A stretch of 64,000 nucleotides of DNA from Raillietiella orientalis (taxonomy: Eukaryota), in contig JAYWIR010000098.1 in assembly GCA_036172245.1 (NCBI GenBank), positions 62,001 through 126,000 of the forward strand, read 5' to 3'. The position numbers and the translations under genes were made by a program. Shown in pieces: positions 51,801 through 61,379 of this stretch (position 1 is its first letter; the number at the start of each line of letters is the position of its first letter). The notes under the pieces are model-generated. The model was not told the origin of the DNA. It made no database searches and saw nothing but the letters and a program-made list of their open reading frames with translations.

Positions 51801-51965
51801 GTAATAATTGCAGTGACGCACTGGGCTCACATGAGTAACATTGCAATGGTTCTCCTCTTATGCTTAAGAAGCTCAACTGGAAATCGGTTTCCCTAGACGA
51901 CTTGCAGTGTAATAATTATTTGATTAACGCTCTTCTCATGCTGTTTATCCATAGCTTAATTCAAT
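48200..51965. pseudogene. Possible decayed Mutator-like (MULE) transposase pieces
   Basis: On +: 'IHDSSFR..VVNTRGHG' (~49058-49130) and 'RPAVLMSD' (~49209). A SWIM-like 'TC..F.KQGVP(A/C)RHC' occurs in both inner-repeat arms. Motif-level evidence only. Confidence 0.4.
50552..51965. repeat. Inner inverted repeat: arms ~50552-51229 and ~51275-51965, spacer ~45 bp
   Basis: ORFs 50621-50884 (-) and 51633-51896 (+) are near-identical. Inner ends are aaacaagtt and aacttgttt. Confidence 0.92.
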
Positions 51966-52349
51966 TAAGTGTGTCTACAGGACGGATCTCGTGGCAAAGC
52001 GGTAGTCGGGTTGCAAAACAGACGAGATGTTTGCTGTTTGCGAAGATCTCATAAAATGCTTCCATATAGTTCGCAGCGAGCTCTAATTTTGCAGCATCTT
52101 TGACAGGATGAGAAAAACCGAAGCTGACAAGCTGTGATTTTTTCCCCACCTCTTAATAATTTTAGTGCGTTGTTCTTTAATTACTGATTTCTTTTATGTT
52201 TCTTGCACCACTGTTTAATGTCCTCGAACGACCCTCTTCTGCGAACTGTTTCAGCCAAACCATTGCTGAGAAAAGTCTCAAAGATCTTTTTGCTATCATC
52301 ACAGAAGAACGTACAGATCTAGTAATAAAATACCTATTATTGTGTAGGA

Positions 52350-53820
52350 TCACCTCTAAGGGAGTTTTTTTTGCATACCTTTCGGAAGTTGGAAATGGAA
52401 ATGTTCTCAGCGACGCATCGACGTTTTCTAATGACAAGCAATAGTTTTATTTCCTTCTGGAAGTGACTGTGCCACCAAAGGAACCCCCTAGCTTTTCCGT
52501 AAGCGCCGAATGTACAAATAGCCACCACATCCATAAAGTGAATTGGGATCGCGAAAGCTAAGGTCGCTTCCAAATTTTGTGCCTTCCCACATTGTGCCCG
52601 TGGATATTTTTTGCGCCACAATACGCGCTTTGCTGTTTGCAGTTGCCGGCTGCTCGCATTGGTGCGTTTGCTGTGATGGTACAGGTGGGATGCTCCTATC
52701 TTGATGCGCTTGCACATGTTATTCTCAAATCTGCTCTCATTCTACTTGCTTCTGCAGGATCTCCACGTGTTCATCGGACCCGTATCTCAACCTTTGGTGA
52801 CGGTGCTCTCGTTTCTCGTCTGCTCCATATTGTCTCTCATCTCAATCCTTTTTCCCACGTCGCCTACCTCGTTCAATGCTCTTTCCTACCATACTTGAAA
52901 GCTATCAGTGGTCCGGGCATCTCACCGCTCCTTTAATACGCATGCTAATCTGTAAACTCGTCTAGTTTCCTTCTTTCTCCGAAAACATTTCGTTGACACT
53001 GATGTGGGTTATTTTCCTCATTAATGCTAAGATTTCTTCCGCCTTCGTTCTGCCGAGAACGTCCTGGATGTGGAAAAGTAAATCATCCGTTATTTTGCGC
53101 ATCATGAAAGAGAGATTCCAGCACTTGTTGGGAGAAGGGCGTAGGAAGAGGAGGGAGCGAGGGAATATCATGTGTTGTAGGAAACCGCAAGTGATTCTGT
53201 ATAAAACCCATCGGAGCGGCGTTCTGCTCTCAATGTTCTGCTTCATTCTGAGCCTTTTTTGTCTGGTATTTCGAGAGAAAGGATGCTGTCACTTCTATTC
53301 AACATCGTAAGGAGTATTTGGATATTGAATTGATGTTGTTCGTAGGATTTCAGTTGTTCTTTTGCATGCAAGACTTAGTAGGAAATTTTCTGTTGTTAAC
53401 AGCGCGTTGTGGTCCCATTTTTGTAAAAACTCAGTTTAAGAGTTTCTTAGTGATGTAGCTGTTGCTGTTATTTGCTCGTTGATGACTTCGTGATACTTTG
53501 ATTTCTTCCCATGATTTGTTGCTTCCGTTGAAGTTCTGGTTTCTTAATTCCCTTTTTGGGATTTTCGAACAATTATGTCATCTTGTGGTTTTCGACTTCT
53601 TTTTCTCCATGTGCTTTATTTGTCCTGAGAGATTCGTTCCTCTTCTTGTTTTTGCTTTCCTAAATTCAACTTTTTTCTTTTGTTCCTTTTCATCAGTGTT
53701 TGCTATTTTGCACTCGTTGATCTAGATGCTGAAGGCGAAGGAAGTGTTGTTTGTGGAACTAACGTATTTTGTGTCTCGAAGGAGTCGTGTAATCTTTGAG
53801 CAGGTTGGTACAGGGGTAAA
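52350..53820 (-). repeat. Right arm of the outer inverted repeat
   Basis: Reverse complement of ~47350-48850, with the best-matching core at ~52625-53250. Confidence 0.9.
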
Positions 53821-54499
53821 TTTTATATCGGTCTGCACTTCGGGAAGGTTCTGATTTGTGCTCTTTGTCTTCCGCCATCAATCAACGCTGCGCTATTATT
53901 ATGAAAGAGCATCTTCCGTGTGGATGTTTTCGTTGCTCCAGTCTTTCTACTCATTTTGTATATTCACTGCGATTGTTTTCTTAAGTATTTGTTTTCTAGG
54001 TTACTTCTGTACTGGTTTTCAGCTCCGCAATAATTTTTGCAGATGACCCATCAAGAAACATCTCTTCAGGAGCAGAAAGAGTGATTACCGATTTGCTTGA
54101 TTTTCGTCAGTTTTTAGGACCTTGTGATTTGTTCTTTGACAAGACGGCCGGACACTGCCAAGTTTCCTACGGTTCCGTGCGTCCTCTCCGTAGTGGCTGT
54201 GATTTAAGGATTGACGTGAGTAAATTACTGTATGTTTTGAAACGGAAAATGCATTCTAGGTAACGGGTCCTTTTGAAAGAGAGGACGTCCTTTTCTTTCT
54301 TCATGGATTGCCCAATAGTTGCTACCTCAGTTATGCGTTTAGCACGCATTGGTACGTCTTTCTCTCGTGTGCTTTTTGATGATGAGTGTATGGATGCTAA
54401 AACACAGTATTCTTCGTGTAAATTGCTCTAGATTTTTTTTCTATTTCGGAAGGTCATGTTGGTTCTCAAAATATGATGAATGGATGGTTAAGCATGGAT

Positions 54500-55100
54500 G
54501 AGTTCTGAGGAATATGGAAAAGTGTAGGGTTTTCCAATCCTTCAGTAACTTTGTTTCTTTGTGAAACGTTCTGTAAGCATCGAACAGTATTTGCTTTGTG
54601 GATTCCCATCTGTTTTTTTCCTAAATGTCATTCAACATTACGTAACATTTGCTCCAAAGAGGTAGGCTTTTATTTCTCGTTCTTTATCTTTTCAAGCATT
54701 ATTCTTGAAGCCATTTTGTTGTCCAGCGTCTTTTGCGTTTTAGGCTCTCTCCAGGCGCTAATGTTGGATCTGCGCCTTGCACTTTGCATTGCGTCCCTCT
54801 TCAGCTGTCATCACCCATGGTTGACATGAAAAGCTTATGATTCGGATGGATATGGCAAACTCAACTGCTGAGAATAAAGTTTCGTAGTTCCATTGTGCAG
54901 TTTGTTTTGCGAGTTGAAGTTGAGCTAAGCAAAGTTCACCAAAAGCGTATGGATAATGTAAGGTTTCTCTAGAAACAGGGATCAGACAAGCTAATAACTC
55001 GTCAGCAGTGTGTTCTCCTGAGATCACAAAAGGGCGACTCAGGTACTTTCCTTTAAAAGCTGCAAATTTAAAATAAACTCAATGCTTCTCATTTTCTGCA
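54500..55100 (-). pseudogene. Possible hAT-like transposase relic
   Basis: 'ISGEHTADELLACL' and 'KCKAQIQH' resemble the hAT HTxxN and CxxH motifs. Weak. Confidence 0.28.
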
Positions 55101-55849
55101 AATGTAATTTGTTCCTCCATCTAAGCATTCACTTCAGATTATGGAACATTACGTTCATGGAAGTTCTTTAAACCCATAGAATTTTTTGATACCAAGGATC
55201 TTTAGTAACTTCAAACATGCCGGTGCCTTTATTTCATAAAGTTCGAGGTTTGCGATAATAAAGTCCTCGTTCATGATTGAAGCTTGCATGATGAATTCAT
55301 ATCATTAGATGAATTCTGCAAAAAGCTTCCATAGAAGCAGATCTTAGATCTGTCATCAACGACAGTGTAAAATGAAGGTGATTTAAACTTACGAAAACTT
55401 GTTTTTTTTGAGAACCTTGTCTGGGGTGTGCTTTGTTCTTCATCACTGAATCCATCGTCTCTCTCAAAATGCGGAGGAAAACGCGAGAAAGCTACAGCCG
55501 ACGGCATTGGTCTCGACGGCAAAGTCTCGAGCGGCAGTTAAGGCGCTTGAAGGGCTCGTGGAAACACCGAAGGCCGCGCAACTTCTCAACTCCTCTACCG
55601 AGGTGGAGCTCAGAAAAGCTCTACCTAACGACCGCGAAAGTAGGCAGGCTCCATCGCAGTTAAGCGAAAAGCACAGCCTCTACTGCGCCGTATACTTTGA
55701 TGGCCACTTAGTCACGAAAACAGGAGCAGACTACTTCATTTTTCCATTCATACTACAGAACCCATTCACTCAAACAGAGGGTACAGATTCACTAAATGCT
55801 TTTTCTGTTGGTTGTTCACTTCCCTTCAGTTATTCGGATCACTGCACTT

Positions 55850-56900
55850 CACTGAGGATTTACACTTGAGAGGACTAAGCACTGCTTGAGTCTGGAAGAT
55901 GTCCGAAATCCTTTTCCGAATCTACCGGAAGATCCAGGTATGGACTTGCTTACAGTTCTGGATATGAATCTCCTTTTGAATAATCCATTCAAGGATTCAC
56001 ACAGGAAACATGGCTTCACTGGTTGTACTCAATTTCCACTATCGGATAAGGATGGCAGTGATGAATAGGGACATGATAGTCTTTGTCATCGGGTTGTAGA
56101 GGAAGACGTTCCCGAATCGCTAGAACATCCCATACAGGACTTCTATCTTTGAGTTGTTTGCCAGCCCGATTTTCTTTTTCCGAGTTTGCCATGTTGTTGC
56201 ATCTTTCGACAGGTCCAGTCGTAAAGATTCGGGTCCAAGTAACCAAATTCTTTGCTGTACCCTTCGCTTGTTTGCCCGTGAAGTACTCTATCCCGGAAAT
56301 ACTCCACATTACCCCTTAGTGCAACTTCTGATGGTCATCCTGGATGTTCGGAGACAGGTCCCTTTTCTCGATGGCCGTTTCATTCACCGATGTGACGACG
56401 GTGTCTTTTCCGTAGCGATTGGCAACTTTCTGGAGAGCATCGGTGTATTGATCGTATTCACGTATGAGATGATGAAGGTGTTTCGGGTTCATACTAGACC
56501 ATGCGCTGTCTCTGTCCTTTTGGCACAATTCGCATATTGTGTGATCAACTTCCTTCCCTTTATCTCGATATACTTGAGCATGGGATAGTGGTGGTAGTGA
56601 ACATCGCGTCTGCGCTGCATTATTCTTCTCAAGATAATCCTGGGCATTTGTTATATCCAGCTTCTTGTGTCTTTAGGGATAGGGATCAGCCAGCGGATTA
56701 CAAGGACAGTTCCACCTTCCAGAGTTCCTTGCGTCACTTTAGGGCAGGATCTCAAGTTGATGCTCCTGCTTTAGTGCGTATTTCTTTCTCTGGATCTCGT
56801 CGATAATGATTCCTTTCCTCGGCTTAACAGAGTCGTCATCAGACTTGTCAAGTTTTTCAACACTGAGTGAGCTCTGTGAGATGCTCATGGACAGTCCTCC
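55850..56900 (-). mobile_element. Old family-B LINE ORF2 C-terminal fragment
   Basis: Reading across frameshifts, 'KELWKVELS...WLIPIPKDTRSWI' matches 'KELWQDENILVIPWMLPVPPDTRSWI' at 2116-2193. Confidence 0.72.
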
Positions 56901-57253
56901 CATTTAACTGTGGTGTTCAGGGCTAAGTAGGTTGTGAACCCAACAACTCAAACGGAAAACTCCCTCTATTCCATTTTCTCAACTACTGAAAAGAGGAAAA
57001 CAAATGTAAGGCTGTGTATATAAATATAGTAAAAGAAGCCTCTTTGAAAGTGTTCTTACGAGTATGCTGAGCGGTCCAGTTCTCCCGATATCTTCAGCAT
57101 CTCGTGATCGGTAGGTGTCGAGCACCTCTTTGTCGGTGAAGCCCAGCCATGGTCTTCATCGACGTAACGGCTGTACTCAATGATGGTAGACTGACCCCAC
57201 TTGAATTGTCCGACATGTGGCCTCCGGCTACCACTCGACCGGAGCAATAAGAA

Positions 57254-57702
57254 GTGGCATGGTTTCACTCAAGCGGTTGGATCAGATCTTTGTCAACCAC
57301 TCGGTTTCGGTTCGCCAATTATCGCTTCATCCTCGGTGCAACATTTATCTTTGAAAAACATGGAAACTCTTTCATAATTGACGTTGCAAGACTTGCACAT
57401 TCAAACGCAAGGAAAACGTGTTCACGGATGCAGGGAAGAAGGAAGAAGGAAAGTATCCAATTCTAATCCACACCATCAAGCAGTACGGCAAAACTGCCAT
57501 CGTTCAAGCTCTCATCCTGCAAGCCTTAGGATTGTGCGATCCCAAGAAATGCAGCGCACTACGATTCCTAGGAATTAGAGAGAACAATGGAAAAAACTTG
57601 AGGAAGCTATGTGTTTCCTGCTGCAATAGGGCAAGCAGGGATATTTACTGGACTCGCAGACTGGTTCATCCACCTGACGATGAGGGCGACCCCATCATTT
57701 AA
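57254..57702 (+). pseudogene. Possible degenerate HNH-endonuclease-like coding relic
   Basis: 'IVQALILQAL...ENNGKNLRKLCVSCCN' resembles the NN..NL..LC..C pattern, but the catalytic His residues are absent. Confidence 0.25.
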
Positions 57703-58045
57703 TTTATGGAAGCACAATCCCAAGACCTATTATAGGGAAGTAAACATCAGATCGTAAATCGTAATCGAAAAGCAGGTGTGCAGGCAGACAAGAGCTGCGT
57801 TTGTTTTTTTCAGCCGAGGACTTTTCGTTTTTAGATAAAAACTGCACCAGTACATAATCTGACAGCAGTGTCTGTATATCTCGAAAATCTTGCATGCGAT
57901 TCCGCACTTCAAAGCTGTAAAGGACGTGAATAATACTGCAAAACCGTTCGAATAAAAATGAAGTGGATCGGATTGAGGCTTGTTGTTAAACACAACAGTC
58001 CGTATTTGTTAAAGAGTTGTTGATACGCAACTCTTCTCTTAAGAC

Positions 58046-59125
58046 TTTTTTTTTTTGGTTCGCTAAGTACCTCAGAGCCGGTCGCGTGCCTCGTGGCTCT
58101 TTTTAAACATTAACACACTGTTTCGTTTCCACGCCCCTCCGTCCGCGGCAACCCGAAGGTGGGCGTGTAATTCATCAGTAGAATTCTTCAGGATAGGGAG
58201 CACCCCTAAATGGGGGTCCGCCTTATGAATCCAGGAATGGCTCGGAGTCCGTTCCTCTCACGCTTGGGGAGGGATCCCCCCGGACGGGGGATCGCATCTC
58301 CCACCCTGGTTGTTTCCGAAGGGGAACCCTGAAGTGAATCTCCTTCCTCATTCTCTCTGGAGGGACATCTCCCAATGGGGAGGGGCTATCCTCTCCATTT
58401 CAACTTCATTTCAACTTCTCCGAAGGGAACATGGAAAGGATCCGCTAGTAGGAATTTCTTCTCCGGAGGGAACCCGCAAGGGAACCTCTCCTGTTCACTC
58501 CTCTGAAGAGAACCCCGAAGGGACGCTTCCAAATCTCAGAAGGGGCGCTGCAGCTTCCCGCAGGGACTCGCTCTCGCTTGCTTCCTTGTGCACACTCTGT
58601 GAAGAGGCCACGACTTGGAGGGTCCCCCGGTGGGGAGGGTCCGCTCTCCGTTGCACGGCAGGAGGGAGAACTCCCCATTCCTTGATTCCTGCAAGGACCC
58701 GAAGCTCGACTCCCATTGTTCCGCTCTTCATCGGGGGCCTCCGGATCAAACCAACTCAACTCAAACCAACCAACTTTGGCGTTCAAAGCGCGCCCGACCT
58801 CTTGCCGGATAACCATGTTGTCTGCTGGGATTTTTTGACACAACATGTGGTATAGCGCATCCGTACACTGATGTTTTCCTTGTAAATTCCGTACACGACC
58901 GCGAAGAACGTTGACTGACAAGTACATCCTCAGAGAGGCCTAACATTGCAAAGGGAATTCCCGACTGCGATTAAAAGCCTTGCGGTAAACTGCCTCTCCT
59001 TACGAGAGAACTCATGGAGATGCAGCGTTGTATCAGAACTGTCGCTCGAACCGCCCAAATGTGAAGTATGCCTTGGTGCAACGGACTGCAACGGACTTTC
59101 TTCCATGCTTGTAGCATGCAACTGC
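58046..59125 (-). other. A-tailed, hairpin-dense retroposed segment with a decayed ORF and a hammerhead-like core
   Basis: T11 on + at 58046-58056, GC-rich short hairpins at 58130-58640, a CTGATGA...GAAAC core on -, and ORF 58445-58927 (-). Confidence 0.5.
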
Positions 59126-59129
59126 AAAC

Positions 59130-60530
59130 TGAGACATTGCAGTCATCAGCTGCGTCGTATGGCTGCTGTGATTCAGAAGAACGTATGGATCTCTTGCCTC
59201 TCTGCGGAATGCACAGCCTGGCTGCAGGATTCAGTTTTCGCGTAAGGAACGATTCATGTCTCGAGAGACGGAGAGTACACCCGCCTGAGAAGGGGAAGAT
59301 ACACTCCTCGGACCCTGTGGGTGATGGTCGAGAACCTGCAGCATCAACCGTGAACCTCGTTTACCCCTCTAACTGCACAGCCACATAAAGTGTATGTGGC
59401 TGTGAAAGTCACAGCCACATACACTTTTGTAATACATTTGTGGAGTTCTTTGTAGCCCATTGCTTAGTTTCAAATTCTCCTCAATGCGTGGACGGTGGCG
59501 AATGGATGAGAACCAAATGATTTAGAGGCTCGAAACACGATCTCGTATCCTACTCAGCCAGACCAAGAACGATTAGTCCTTCGCTGAGGTGAATATCTCC
59601 TTTCCAAGAATGAGCAGTGGCACCTGCAACAGGAGCGACGGCAACAGAGCATCCATATAGGACACTTTCGAGTAGCCGCTACCACTCATGGGCATAGGCG
59701 TGTCTTTCGGAACTCAAATTCCTTGGAGATCTACATTAAACTCGTAGTCAACACTCTCAAGCACAAGGCCACTAACCCGACAACCGAATTCAAGCGTACG
59801 GCCATTTGCCACACCAACGTGCATCAGCAGCTTTTAGGGTTGAAGTGCTATTTATGCCGAAACGGCAGCGACATCAGCGATTGTTCCCGACGGTGGCGAG
59901 ACACTTTGCTCCTTCCTGGCAGCCCTAGGCTTTATCTCAGAAGCGCAATGGTTCCACTGGTATTCTTTCTTGCACCCGTTTTCCATACGGAAGCAATGGA
60001 ACAACGAGAAACAAAAAAAAATCATCCGCAGAGACGCAAACGAGCGTCTACACGTTTTGATCACTGAAGGGGGGAACAGATGTTCCTACCTGCATCGGCT
60101 AAGAGTTTCCGCATGTATTGCCGAAGGGCAGAGGCGTGTCATGCCTGAACAACTCCATTCGATCATCCTAGTAAACTCCAACGTGAGGTTATTTACCAAG
60201 CTTTAATTTGCACGGTTAAGAAGGTTCTCCGGGCCACCCATAAGAACGTATCCGATTTGTTTTTTTTTTTTAGACGTTCCATGAGATCAAATTGTCATTG
60301 TGCACGAACATGGATGCAGCCGCAAGATAACATAGCGCAGCAATGCCAAGAGGCGGCGAGAGTAGCAACTGCAGGGAAGGAGAACGAGCGTCAACAGCTG
60401 AGGGGGTGCTCGGTGCCTCTTTGGCTAAGTGGATGTACAGAGGACGTCCCAATGCATCAACCAGGCGCCCCTTTGTTAAGCTCGTTTAACTCCTTAGTCT
60501 CGCAGTGCTGGACTAAAACAAGTTGCCCTC
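59130..60530 (+). mobile_element. Decayed family-A fragments (~59130-59375 C-terminal region; ~59990-60530 RT N-terminus)
   Basis: 'HCSHQLRRMAAVIQKNVWISCLSAECTAWLQDSV' and 'SIILVNSNVRLFTKL'. Confidence 0.65.
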
Positions 60531-60538
60531 TAGCTGGT

Positions 60539-61356
60539 TTTTCACCCGGGTGAGCAGGAACTTTTATTATTAAAACATTTTACAAGAAAAAATTCTATAA
60601 TAAAGTCCGTTTTCTTTTTCACTGTTTGAATGAGTTTTTTCAGCCGCAACACGTTTCGACTGTATTGAAGAACTTGACATTACCGACCCGTGGGCCGATA
60701 AAGTCCTCCACACTGACGCAGAAGCGGGAAAAAAAAAGTAAAGCAAAAAAGAAAAAAACCTGGGGAGACAATGTTTTTTGGGAAGGGAGGGAAGGGAGGG
60801 GATCACGGTACGCCGTGAGGAGGCCTTTGAATCCGGTTTCGGATACGAACAAGTGCCGGCAAATCTTTTTTAAGTCGGCGCCAACGGGAAGCTTTCTTCA
60901 AAGGGATGGATGCACGGTGAATGGCATTCCGACTGGTGCGACCTCTCCTAGACGCGGTGCACTTATCCAGGATTCCGCGTATGCAACAGAGCACTGCTAC
61001 ACACCCGAAGGCTGGCATGGCGACCCGCATTAGGAGGCGTCTAAAAATGTTCTTGGGGTCGCCCACCGGAATGCTCAGGATCGACGAGAGTCGATCCCAC
61101 GTCTGACGGAGGGCAACACACTCGATGATTCAGTGGTGGAAGGTCTCCCTTTTCCCGCACTCTGCGCAGTTGGCATCCACACTCCCCGATGTCCAGTGAG
61201 ACTGGCGTGCTCTGCTTAAAAGTCCCCAGTGGAGTAGAAGCAACGCCGTCTCCTGCCACTGCAGGGGAAAGGAACCGTTGACCGAAGACGCTGGGGGCCA
61301 CTTTACCTTCTGCGGAGGCATGTACAGCAGCACGTCCCAACGTGCAAGTCCATTCG
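60539..61356 (-). mobile_element. Family-A 3' fragment, close relative of 37332-38200
   Basis: WQETALLLLHWGLLSRAR and CAECGKRET, with a matching 3' UTR and terminal motif. Confidence 0.88.
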
Positions 61357-61379
61357 GCGAGAAAAAAGGAGGCCGCTAG

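Noticed and set aside
58310..58525. Short repeated units as a CRISPR-like array
   Set aside because: The units are short, degenerate and irregularly spaced, and there are no cas genes.
58310..58927. Codon-aligned opposite-strand ORFs suggesting an ambigrammatic narnavirus
   Set aside because: The ORFs are short and GC-rich, and no RdRp GDD motif was found. Chance is a sufficient explanation.
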